63,971 bases of DNA from Bacteroidales bacterium (GTDB lineage Bacteria; Bacteroidota; Bacteroidia; Bacteroidales; UBA7960), in the NCBI GenBank assembly GCA_003567625.1, contig PWZB01000136.1, positions 1-63,971 of the forward strand, written 5' to 3'. A model generated the notes under the pieces. It saw nothing but the letters and a program-made list of their open reading frames with translations, was not told the DNA's origin and ran no database searches. Made by a program: the position numbers and the translations under genes. Shown piece by piece: positions 43,876 through 52,738 of this stretch. The stretch's first letter is position 1, and every line of letters starts with the position of its first letter.

Positions 43876-45999
43876 ATGAACAATAAAACATATAAAACAG
43901 TAACTCTAAAAGTTGAGGGCATGACCTGCACCAATTGTGCATTGAGCGTTCGTAAGCAACTTGAAAAATCAGGTTTTAAGAACGTTGATGTGGATTTTGC
44001 CACCGGTGACGTCAGGTTTGAGACAGATGACGAAAGCCTTGTTCCTGATGCGAAAAGCAATATTAAATCTCTTGGTTATAAGGTTGCAGATAGAGTCAAG
44101 CCGGAGGAGGCTAAAAAGGGACTGTTGTTGATTGAAAAGAAGTTCTGGTTCAGCTTTGTGCTTACAGTACCCTTGGTGGTTGCGATGTTCTTGCCTCTCG
44201 GCTTTTTGCATGATGATATTTTTCAGCTTGTATTAACGATCCCTGTTTATACGATCGGCGTATGGCATTTTGGCGGTAGTGCTTTCAGAAGCCTGAGAGC
44301 CGGTTATACAAATATGGATGTGCTTATATTCCTTGGTACCACCGCTGCGTTTGTCTATAGCCTTACAGGCACGATCTACCAAATGGGGCACCAATATATG
44401 TTTTATGAAACATCAGCAAGTATTATAACCATTGTGCTTCTTGGCAACATGCTTGAGCAACGTTCAGTGAAAAAGACTACCGGTGCTATTGATGAATTGG
44501 CACGTATGCAGAAAAACATTGCCAAGAGATTAATAGATGATACTAAAAACATACAGGAAAAAATTGAAGAAGTTGATGCAGAAAGCATACAACCGGGTGA
44601 GGCTGTTTTGGTAAACACAGGTGATTCAGTACCTGTTGACGGAGAAATATACTGGGGGCATGGTTCAATCGACGAATCTATGATATCAGGCGAAAGCCTT
44701 CCTGTTGACAAGCAGGAAGGGGATAAAGTGATAGGGGGAACCGTATTGGTTGCGGGCAATATAAAAGTCAGGGCAACAGCCACCGGCCAAGATACGGTAC
44801 TGTCGCAAATAATTGAACTGGTAAAAAATGCCCGGCGAGATAAACCTAAAATGCAAAACCTGGCAGACAAGATATCATCAATATTTGTTCCGCTTGTTGT
44901 GGGTATTGCAATATTAACCGTCATTGGCTGGTTTTTCGTAGCAGGCCTGGAGTTTAAAGATTCATTGATGCGTGGTGTAGCCGTGCTGGTGATTGCGTGC
45001 CCCTGTGCACTGGGACTTGCAATACCAACAGCCGTTGTTGTCGGTTTGGGAAGAGCAGCTAAAACCGGGATACTGATCAAAGGAGGAAGCACATTCGATA
45101 AGTTTCCGGCTATTGATAAAATCATTTTTGATAAAACAGGAACTTTGACCAGCGGTAAATTTATTATAAAAAGATTTGAAAGTTTTGGAGAAAGCCGGGA
45201 AAAGGTCGAAAAGATAGTTTGCAGCCTTGAAAAGCATTCGTCGCATCCCATTGCCAAAGCGATAGTGAGCCGCCTGAACGTAAAGGACACCATTAACTTC
45301 GTTGAAGTTGATGAAGAAAAAGGACTGGGTATTAAAGCTGTTGATGCGGATGGCAACACTTATATTGCCGGCTCTTATAAGATCGCTTCACATCTGACTG
45401 ACGATAATACTCATAATGTATATGTTTTGATGAATGACAAATTAATAGGCTGGCTTGATATTGAAGATGAGATAAAGCCTGAAGCAAAAGGGACAATAGA
45501 CTTTTTTAAACGAAGAAATATTGAGACAATACTTTTAAGTGGCGACAGGGCGAGCCGGTGCAATGAAATAGCTGCCCGGCTGGGCATTGAAAAAGTCTAT
45601 TCAGAAAAGATGCCGCAGGAGAAATATCAGCTTATAGAAGAGTTGTCAGCAAAACACAAAGTGGTAATGGTAGGTGATGGCATTAATGATGCGCCTGCAT
45701 TGTCAAAAGCATTTCTTGGTGTGTCAATGAGTGATGCTACACAGGTGGCCGTAAAGTCGGCCGAAGTGATATTACTTAAAGGCAACCTTAAACTTCTGAA
45801 AAATGCTTTTTCTATGAGCCGGATAACTTTACGCACAATCAAAGAAAACCTCTTCTGGGCATTCTTTTATAACGTGATGGCTATACCGCTGGCGATCATT
45901 GGCATGCTAAGCCCAATGATAGCTGCGTTTGCAATGGTCGTGTCGGATATTATTGTTGTGCTTAACTCCATCAGGCTAAAAAGAAGAAAACTGGCTTGA
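43876..45999 (+). CDS. copA: Heavy-metal (Cu+/Ag+-type) translocating P1B-type ATPase
   Basis: HMA domain: KVEGMTCTNCALSV. TM metal site: CPCALGLA. Other motifs: DKTGTLT and GDGINDAPAL. I prefer the ATG at 43876 over the track's GTG at 43846. Confidence 0.9.
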   Translation: MNNKTYKTVTLKVEGMTCTNCALSVRKQLEKSGFKNVDVDFATGDVRFETDDESLVPDAKSNIKSLGYKVADRVKPEEAKKGLLLIEKKFWFSFVLTVPLVVAMFLPLGFLHDDIFQLVLTIPVYTIGVWHFGGSAFRSLRAGYTNMDVLIFLGTTAAFVYSLTGTIYQMGHQYMFYETSASIITIVLLGNMLEQRSVKKTTGAIDELARMQKNIAKRLIDDTKNIQEKIEEVDAESIQPGEAVLVNTGDSVPVDGEIYWGHGSIDESMISGESLPVDKQEGDKVIGGTVLVAGNIKVRATATGQDTVLSQIIELVKNARRDKPKMQNLADKISSIFVPLVVGIAILTVIGWFFVAGLEFKDSLMRGVAVLVIACPCALGLAIPTAVVVGLGRAAKTGILIKGGSTFDKFPAIDKIIFDKTGTLTSGKFIIKRFESFGESREKVEKIVCSLEKHSSHPIAKAIVSRLNVKDTINFVEVDEEKGLGIKAVDADGNTYIAGSYKIASHLTDDNTHNVYVLMNDKLIGWLDIEDEIKPEAKGTIDFFKRRNIETILLSGDRASRCNEIAARLGIEKVYSEKMPQEKYQLIEELSAKHKVVMVGDGINDAPALSKAFLGVSMSDATQVAVKSAEVILLKGNLKLLKNAFSMSRITLRTIKENLFWAFFYNVMAIPLAIIGMLSPMIAAFAMVVSDIIVVLNSIRLKRRKLA

Positions 46000-46067
46000 A
46001 AAATATAAAAAAATATTATTTTTGATGTTCAAATCAAATCTTTTTCTAATTTTAATTATTAACAGAT

Positions 46068-46271
46068 GAGACCACTCTAAAAAGTCCAAAAATATTATTT
46101 CCCGCAGATTTCGCTGATATGCGCAGATTATAAATTCATGATAATCAATTAAATTTATCAGCGAAAATCTGCGATTTACCCTGTTGGATATTTGCTTTTT
46201 ATAAATTCCCGTTTTTTATAAATTTATCCAACGGGGTGAATCTGCGGGAAAACATTTTTTAGAGTAGTCTC
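46068..46271. mobile_element. MITE-like nested-palindrome element (204 bp) with 16-bp terminal inverted repeats and flanking 6-bp direct repeats
   Basis: The left TIR is GAGACCACTCTAAAAA (46068..46083). The right TIR is TTTTTAGAGTAGTCTC (46256..46271), with one mismatch. ACAGAT flanks both ends (46062..46067 and 46272..46277). An internal perfect 13-bp pair is tttcccgcagatt / aatctgcgggaaa, and there are two internal hairpins. No ORF. Confidence 0.55.
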
Positions 46272-46305
46272 ACAGATAAAGTACGTATTACTAAAAAGAA
46301 ATTGT

Positions 46306-46539
46306 ATGGAAATCAAAGTTCTAGGACCAGGATGTTACAGATGCCGCCAGCTTGAAAAAATCACAGAGAAAGCTGTTGAAGAGCTCGGCATAGAAGCACA
46401 TATCACAAAGGTAGATGATATGGATAAAATATTGAGTTATGGCATTTCACGCACACCGGGGTTGGTAGTTGACGGTAAAGTTGCTCTTAGCGGAAGAATT
46501 CCGGATGTTGATGAAGTAAAAAAGCTTTTGAAAGCATAA
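46306..46539 (+). CDS. Thioredoxin-fold small protein (redox-active disulfide protein 2 / Thioredoxin_3 type)
   Basis: 77 aa. MEIKVLGPGCYRCRQLEK (CxxC) ... RTPGLVVDGKV. Confidence 0.8.
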   Translation: MEIKVLGPGCYRCRQLEKITEKAVEELGIEAHITKVDDMDKILSYGISRTPGLVVDGKVALSGRIPDVDEVKKLLKA

Positions 46540-46607
46540 TTTGTAATACATCTAATATTAAACAAACCCGGTTATGCCAAAAATAACAAATCCCAAAAAT
46601 CAAATTC

Positions 46608-46641
46608 ACCCTTTGTTAAATAAAAAAACATTTAACAGGGT
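46608..46641. repeat. Hairpin of the ACCCYnTGT..AT / AT..ACAGGGT family
   Basis: accctttgttaaat aaaaaaac atttaacagggt, followed by aaattc as at 43841. Confidence 0.5.
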
Positions 46642-46711
46642 AAATTCTAATTTTTAAAATCTCAATGACCCAAATAACCCAGGTTCGAAATTTGAATAAT
46701 TGAAATTTGTT

Positions 46712-46780
46712 ATTTATTTACTTACATAATGTTTAATTTTATATGTGTTCGTAGTCTCGTTTCGCTCGGCAGTTATTTGA
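46712..46780. repeat. Third copy of the 35087..35225 repeat family
   Basis: tatttacttacataatgtttaattttatatgtgttcgtagtctcgtttcgctcggcagttatttg. It has the same orientation as the downstream + strand gene at 46851. Confidence 0.8.
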
Positions 46781-46850
46781 TGCTTATTATTTGATTTTTT
46801 TAGTAACTAACATTATTGATTGAATACTATCAACTCATGCACTGCTTAAC

Positions 46851-48161
46851 ATGGAATTAAAGAAAGAACTAAAGATACTCTTTTGGATAATCGTTTTTTT
46901 TCTTTTTGCATATTACATGCCATTGGAGATTGGTGATTTCAGGACTGCCATCATAGCTTCACTGGATCTCACTCGCTGGTATGCCCGGGAGCATGTGATT
47001 TTATGCCTTATACCGGCTTTTTTTATTGCCGGGGTAATTGCCGTATTCGTCAACCAGGCGGCAGTGATAAAATATTTCGGGGCTAATGCCAAAAAGTGGT
47101 TGTCTTATTCTATAGCATCGGTTTCAGGTACTATCCTGGCAGTATGTTCCTGTACCATATTACCGCTTTTTTCCAGTATTCATAAACGTGGTGCGGGGAT
47201 AGGTCCGGCGGTTGCTTTCTTGTATTCAGGCCCGGCGATCAATATTCTTGCAATAATCTTAACTGCACGTATCCTGGGTTGGGAGATCGGCTTGGCACGT
47301 ATAATTGGCGCAGTGGTTTTTGCTGTGATTATTGGCTTGATAATGAGTTTAATATACCGGAAAGAGGAAAAGGTCAAGGCGGAGGAACAGATGAATGTGG
47401 AAGTACCTCCCGAAGCACGGCCATTGTGGCAAACTTCATTGCATTTCTTTATTCTCGTATTGATACTTATAGTTGCTAATTGGGGTGAGCCTGCCGAAGG
47501 TGTAACAACCGGCTTTTGGCATTTTATATGGTCAAATAAGTGGACAATTGTTGCTTTGTTGGGTGTTTTCTTCGTTTATTCATTGATTGATATACTGAAA
47601 ATAAACTGGCAATGGGTTGCTTTGGCATCCATACCGGTTCTTGCCAGTTCATGGTTTACCGCTAACCCTGTTATTCCATTCTTGTTGGCTATAGCAGGTC
47701 TTTCAGTAATAACACTACTGCATGGAGGAGAAAACAGGGAATGGACATTATCAACATGGGATTTCGCCAAACAAATACTTCCATTATTGGCTCTTGGAGT
47801 TATTGTTGCCGGGTTTTTGCTTGGCTCAACGCATGGAGATACCGATATACCCGGAATAATACCCGATAAATGGATAACTTCCATGGTCGGTGGCAATTCT
47901 TTACTTGCCAATTTATTTGCATCTGTAATAGGTGCATTCATGTACTTTGCCACCCTAACCGAAATACCTATTTTGCAAGGATTGCTCGCGTCAGGTATGG
48001 GTAAAGGACCGGCCCTTGCACTACTTCTTGCAGGACCATCACTTTCACTACCAAACATGCTTGTCATTCGAAGCGTCATGGGAACACAGAAAACCGTTGT
48101 CTATGCACTTCTCGTGGTTGTAATGGCAACAATCTCGGGGCTGGTGTTTGGAGCGATATGA
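46851..48161 (+). CDS. Polytopic permease of the ArsP/DUF318 type
   Basis: 436 aa, about 10-12 TM helices, with a CSC motif (GTILAVCSCTILPLF). It is paired with a small thioredoxin-fold gene, as is common for this family. Confidence 0.65.
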   Translation: MELKKELKILFWIIVFFLFAYYMPLEIGDFRTAIIASLDLTRWYAREHVILCLIPAFFIAGVIAVFVNQAAVIKYFGANAKKWLSYSIASVSGTILAVCSCTILPLFSSIHKRGAGIGPAVAFLYSGPAINILAIILTARILGWEIGLARIIGAVVFAVIIGLIMSLIYRKEEKVKAEEQMNVEVPPEARPLWQTSLHFFILVLILIVANWGEPAEGVTTGFWHFIWSNKWTIVALLGVFFVYSLIDILKINWQWVALASIPVLASSWFTANPVIPFLLAIAGLSVITLLHGGENREWTLSTWDFAKQILPLLALGVIVAGFLLGSTHGDTDIPGIIPDKWITSMVGGNSLLANLFASVIGAFMYFATLTEIPILQGLLASGMGKGPALALLLAGPSLSLPNMLVIRSVMGTQKTVVYALLVVVMATISGLVFGAI

Positions 48162-48197
48162 TGCAGGGAGATGATCGGTAACCGGTAACCTGCTAAA

Positions 48198-49145
48198 TCA
48201 GAAATAGACCAAATGAACCCTCCATCCGTACTTTCGATTATACTCCAGGGCAGGTGCAGGAAATTTTACGAAATCAAAAGCCTTAAACAGTATAGTAAGA
48301 AACCGGGAGTCAGTATCTATTTGTGAAAAGTCGATATCAGGAGCCAAAAACCATTGCCTGTACCTTTGCATTTCAGGGAGAGGTTGGCCGTTATGCTCAG
48401 AAGGATTTTCAACACTGCCAAGCATCCCGTTGGCACTGTAGCCTATTGCCATGTTAAGCCATGGAGGGAATATCTCTCTTTTTTGTGAAAACATGTTCAT
48501 ATTTGCCGACAACCAAAAGGTCATGCCGTTATAATCTTTCAGCATATGTTCGGCCAGGTTTTTACCTAACAAGTCAGGTCTGTACTCCGGCAAGCCGCTG
48601 CTTGTATAAGAATATCTAACCTTTACTTTTTGCGATTTCCATGCTACTTGCTGGAGATAAAACAATCCTGAACCTGAAAAATTTGCTGCCTGGTCGCCCC
48701 ACGAGAAGCCCCATTCTTTTGAAAAGCCGTCAAGGATTTCAATGGTTGTCAAAAAAAGCGTACCGGTAATGCTCCCGTATAATGCACTTTGCCTGTTGCT
48801 CAAACCTGCCCAGCGAAATGTTGCAGCACTGGCAGCACTGAAATGATAAGCCGAAGCCACATGCCCAAGTTTATCCATCTGCTTCCAGTGCTTGTTATCA
48901 TTGAAAAAATGAAAAGATGTACGTGGATAATTACTATACCACATCTGATCAAGTAAGATCATAGTACCTGCTAAAGCAACGGTTTTGCCTCCAACCAGCC
49001 AGGACAAACGCTTATTGTCAACAACAGAACTATCACGTTTGTGAAACTTTAAGTAAACCTCTGAAAAGTGATTTGAAACACCACCAAAACAATCATTGAC
49101 CAAAAAAAATATCAATCCAAATGCAAAAGTTTTAATCAATATCAT
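48198..49145 (-). CDS. DUF2279-like secreted/lipoprotein of unknown function
   Basis: A signal peptide is followed by WYSNYPRTSFHFFNDNKHWKQMDKLGHVASAYHFS, which matches my memory of DUF2279. Confidence 0.4.
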   Translation of the reverse strand: MILIKTFAFGLIFFLVNDCFGGVSNHFSEVYLKFHKRDSSVVDNKRLSWLVGGKTVALAGTMILLDQMWYSNYPRTSFHFFNDNKHWKQMDKLGHVASAYHFSAASAATFRWAGLSNRQSALYGSITGTLFLTTIEILDGFSKEWGFSWGDQAANFSGSGLFYLQQVAWKSQKVKVRYSYTSSGLPEYRPDLLGKNLAEHMLKDYNGMTFWLSANMNMFSQKREIFPPWLNMAIGYSANGMLGSVENPSEHNGQPLPEMQRYRQWFLAPDIDFSQIDTDSRFLTILFKAFDFVKFPAPALEYNRKYGWRVHLVYF

Positions 49146-49597
49146 GTGTGAGATTGATTTAATTTGTTGTTTTTTCGGAAGTTATAACAATAATAATTTA
49201 TTTATAACCTTACCGTTTCATTACATAAATTGTGTAACTTTGTTTTTTGGTTAATGTTCACCCAGCCAGATAATCTCTCAAATGGTGAAGTATTATTTTA
49301 ACTTCAAAATATCTGACGGGTAAATATTGCAATTTTTTTTGCAAGGAGGGAGTAAAATTAATCTTAATTTATTAAGACAAAAAGAAAAATTTATCACACT
49401 GACCGGTAAAACAAAGTAACATGCAGATATTGAGCAATATAACACAAACAATTAGCGTATAAAATGACAATAAAAAATATCATTAAGCAAGGACAAAAAC
49501 TTTAGTTAATGAAATTTACCCTGATTTGCCAATGGAATAAATTAACACCCTATGTGCTTCAAAAAAAACTATATATAACATTCAAAACAAATAAATT

Positions 49598-49630
49598 GAA
49601 CCACATAGACACATAGTTTTCACATAGTTC
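49598..49630. repeat. Half copy of the CACATAG repeat (see 21824..21916)
   Basis: gaaccacatagacacatagttttcacatagttc. The first 14 nt are identical to 21824..21837. Confidence 0.7.
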
Positions 49631-49720
49631 ATTTAAATATAAGCTATTTGAAAAAATAATTAAAGTAATGACGTTAATAGAAATCAGTTTAGCAGTTTAA
49701 CATTTTGAAAGCTATGAATT

Positions 49721-51037
49721 ATGTTCACAAAAAAATTGAAGTATTTTGAGTTTGGCATTCATTCAGACAAAGGCAAGGTCAAAGACATGAATTTTGACGG
49801 TTATTCTGCTTTTGAGTCGTCTAACGGTTATGTCTTTGTGTTGTGTGATGGTAATGATGAGCTGGGAGCAAAAGCCAGAGATATTGCATTAGAGCGTATT
49901 AGGTATTTTATGGATAGGGAATACATAGAAGACCCGTTTGAGGCTGTCCAATCCTCTTTGATATATACAGGTGGTTATATATATAAACATATTACAGCGC
50001 AGGATGAAAAATACAAAAACATGATGGTAAGCTGCTTATGTGTTTTGATAAGGGATAATAAGATATACTATTCTTCATTAGGCAATTGTCATATGTTTTT
50101 TTATACAGGTAAGGGATTTTATCAGTTAACACCGGAGACTTCAGATGATATTCATTTTATGCAGGGGCACGGTATGACTGAAAAAATGTTTCTTGGTAAT
50201 GACAGGGTTTCTGCTCCATTTGTTTGTGAAAAGCCTTTAGTCCCGTTAAATGGTGACATGATACTTATGTGTACTGACGGTTTGTATGATTACATTAGCG
50301 AAAAAAACATAAAAAAGATTATTTCTGATCCAATGCCCGTTCATACAAAAGCCAGCCGGCTGGGTGATATGGCAAATGACGCCGGTGGCATAGATAATGT
50401 ATCAGTACAGATTATTTCATTTTATAATCTTGATCATAATATTCGTGAATTTGTGCCGGCGGAGCAACCACAAAAGAAAGATTTACCCAAGATCGCAAAA
50501 ATTAACTTTACAGGTAATTCTTTATGGAATAAAATTATTATCGGAGTAATGCTGGTGATAGCCGGATATTTATTTTACGATATGTTTTTATTTAATCCGC
50601 GACCATCTGTAGACCTGAAAGGTCATGAAGAAGCACCGGTGGCCGACACATTAACTGAGTCTGAACCTTTACCGGAAGAAAGGTTTGGCCAAACTGTTAA
50701 TGTTAAATCAATATTGAACTATTTTGCGCCTGCCGATACAATATACCGGGTTAAGAGTGGTGATACATGGGGTAGTATATACCGGAAGTTTGAAGTGTGT
50801 TCATGGTTTATTCGCAGCCATGAGCATAATACCGGAAAATTTGACCGAAAAGATGACCCGGTTGCCGGAAGAAAAATTACAATACCTCTTATTTATTCGG
50901 CAAATCCAAAATATAATCCTAGATTTTACAAAGAGTTTACTACAGATAAAGTTGGCACTGCATGTCAGCATGCCGGCGAAGATTATATTGAAGAGTTTCA
51001 TCAAAATCTTAAACAACGTTACCTGAAGCAAGAATAA
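49721..51037 (+). CDS. PP2C-family Ser/Thr phosphatase + single TM helix + C-terminal LysM domain
   Basis: PP2C blocks: GIHSDKGKVKDMNFDGY, VFVLCDGNDELG, ILMCTDGLYDYIS, GGIDNVSVQIISF. TM helix: IIIGVMLVIAGYLFYDMFLF. LysM domain: YRVKSGDTWGSIYRKF...GRKITIP. Confidence 0.75.
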   Translation: MFTKKLKYFEFGIHSDKGKVKDMNFDGYSAFESSNGYVFVLCDGNDELGAKARDIALERIRYFMDREYIEDPFEAVQSSLIYTGGYIYKHITAQDEKYKNMMVSCLCVLIRDNKIYYSSLGNCHMFFYTGKGFYQLTPETSDDIHFMQGHGMTEKMFLGNDRVSAPFVCEKPLVPLNGDMILMCTDGLYDYISEKNIKKIISDPMPVHTKASRLGDMANDAGGIDNVSVQIISFYNLDHNIREFVPAEQPQKKDLPKIAKINFTGNSLWNKIIIGVMLVIAGYLFYDMFLFNPRPSVDLKGHEEAPVADTLTESEPLPEERFGQTVNVKSILNYFAPADTIYRVKSGDTWGSIYRKFEVCSWFIRSHEHNTGKFDRKDDPVAGRKITIPLIYSANPKYNPRFYKEFTTDKVGTACQHAGEDYIEEFHQNLKQRYLKQE

Positions 51038-51053
51038 CAAAGTAATTAAATTA

Positions 51054-52043
51054 ATGAACAGGCTAAGCAAAAAGAACGGCAGGATATTAATTGCAGATAA
51101 CGTCCATCCTATAGTAAATGAAAGACTCCGCAACCTGGGTTTCGAATGTACTGAGCGGCTTAATATTTCATATAATCAATTACTTGATGAGATAACCGAT
51201 TGCAAAGGCATTATTATTCGAAGTTCTTTTAACCTGAAAAAAGATTTTTTTGATGCAGCCAGGGAACTGGTTTTTGTCGGAAGAATAGGAAGCGGGCTGG
51301 AGATCATTGATGTTGAATACGCGGCAACCCTTGGGATCCACTGTATCAATTCGCCTGAAGGAAACCGTGATGCTGTCGGCGAACATGCGTTAGGCTTGTT
51401 GCTTGCCCTGATGAACAATATTTGCAAAGCAGATAAGGAAATAAGAGAAGGCAAATGGCTGAGGGAACAAAACCGTGGTTTCGAAATAATGGGCTCTACC
51501 ATCGGGATAATAGGTTATGGTAATACTGGCAGTGCTTTTGCACAAAGACTTGCCGGGTTCGAAGCTGATGTTATTGCCTATGATAAATATAAATCGGGCT
51601 TTGGCAATCAATATGTCGAGGAAACAACACTTGAGGATATTTTTAAAAGAACCGATATCCTTAGCATGCATGTCCCTCTCACTAAAGAAACACACTATAT
51701 GGTAAATGAAAATTTCCTGGAAAAATTTCGCAAATCAATATATTTTATTAATACTTCACGTGGTTATGTTGTTGATACCGCAGGCCTTGTGAATGCCATG
51801 AAAAATAATAAAGTTAAAGGTGCGGCACTTGATGTGCTGGAATATGAAAGCGCTTCGTTTGAAACCCTTAATCCGGGTAAAAGACCCGCACCTTTAAGAT
51901 ACCTCGTTGAAAGTAATAAAGTCGTTTTGTCACCTCATGTTGCAGGAGTTACATTCGAATCGCAATACAAACTGGCTGATGTATTGTGCCAAAAAATAGA
52001 ATCTCTTTTTAGCTCAAAGCAGTCAGAAAACAACTGCAGGTAA
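51054..52043 (+). CDS. D-isomer-specific 2-hydroxyacid dehydrogenase (phosphoglycerate dehydrogenase-like)
   Basis: Rossmann motif IGIIGYGNTGSAFAQRL. Catalytic-region motifs: INTSRG, ALDVLEYE, SPHVAG. Confidence 0.8.
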   Translation: MNRLSKKNGRILIADNVHPIVNERLRNLGFECTERLNISYNQLLDEITDCKGIIIRSSFNLKKDFFDAARELVFVGRIGSGLEIIDVEYAATLGIHCINSPEGNRDAVGEHALGLLLALMNNICKADKEIREGKWLREQNRGFEIMGSTIGIIGYGNTGSAFAQRLAGFEADVIAYDKYKSGFGNQYVEETTLEDIFKRTDILSMHVPLTKETHYMVNENFLEKFRKSIYFINTSRGYVVDTAGLVNAMKNNKVKGAALDVLEYESASFETLNPGKRPAPLRYLVESNKVVLSPHVAGVTFESQYKLADVLCQKIESLFSSKQSENNCR

Positions 52044-52173
52044 TCAACCCAAAACATTTCTTAAGTTTTTTGTTTATAAACATAGGGATGATCCAAAAAA
52101 AAATAGTATATTTGGATTTCCTGTTTGATAAATCATTATCGTTGATTCTTAAGGCAGAAATCGGTGAGTTTTT

Positions 52174-52443
52174 ATGAAGAAGTGTGCTCAGCTAACAATA
52201 CGAGGAAAAGTTCAGAATATTGGTTTCAGGTACAACGCGCAGATAGTTGCAAATGAATACAACATAAGCGGTTATGTAAAAAACATGCGTGACGGTAGTG
52301 TGTTTGTTGAAGCTGAAGGTGAAGAATCTGACCTGGAAAAGTTTATAAGCTGGTGCAGGAAAGGTCCCGCCTGGTCAGATGTAGAAAAAGTGGATGTTTT
52401 GTATGTCCCGTTAAATGACTATTCCGGTTTTAAGATTCGTTAA
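52174..52443 (+). CDS. Acylphosphatase
   Basis: 89 aa. LTIRGKVQNIGFRYNAQ...GYVKNMRDGSVFVEAEG...KGP. Confidence 0.85.
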   Translation: MKKCAQLTIRGKVQNIGFRYNAQIVANEYNISGYVKNMRDGSVFVEAEGEESDLEKFISWCRKGPAWSDVEKVDVLYVPLNDYSGFKIR

Positions 52444-52738
52444 TGCTTTATTTGTTATAGTAGAAATGATTTTGATAATTAATTATCAAGTTATTTATTA
52501 TTCTTTTTCACAACTGTCCAATTAAAATATTTTGAAACGTATGGATATTAATATTGATAACAATTCTTTAAATTTGACTGTTGGTGGGAATATTGACATT
52601 TATTTTATGCCACTAACTCTAACATGAAGATTCACTAAGAATCTGGCAAACAACCATTATGCTTTGTGGCTCTTGATGTTTGTGTCTTAGTAGATATAAT
52701 TAATTTTATTTGAACAGTATTGATTTTTTTAAAAAACA

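Noticed and set aside
44403-45359. 318-aa minus-strand ORF, the longest unassigned ORF in the track (plus 44962..45246)
   Set aside because: It is antisense to the central, best-conserved part of copA (the DKTGT and CPC regions). It has Ser/Pro/Thr-rich low-complexity composition and is a shadow ORF of a relatively GC-rich gene.
47576-48079. 167-aa minus-strand ORF
   Set aside because: It is antisense to the polytopic permease gene, with no motifs. Shadow ORF.
52107-52114. TATATTTG match to the Bacteroidota -7 promoter consensus upstream of the acylphosphatase gene (also TAATTTTG, complement of 8570..8577, upstream of the response regulator)
   Set aside because: An 8-mer with two free positions is expected by chance fairly often in AT-rich spacers. 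I could not find a properly spaced -33 TTTG, so these are not reported as features.
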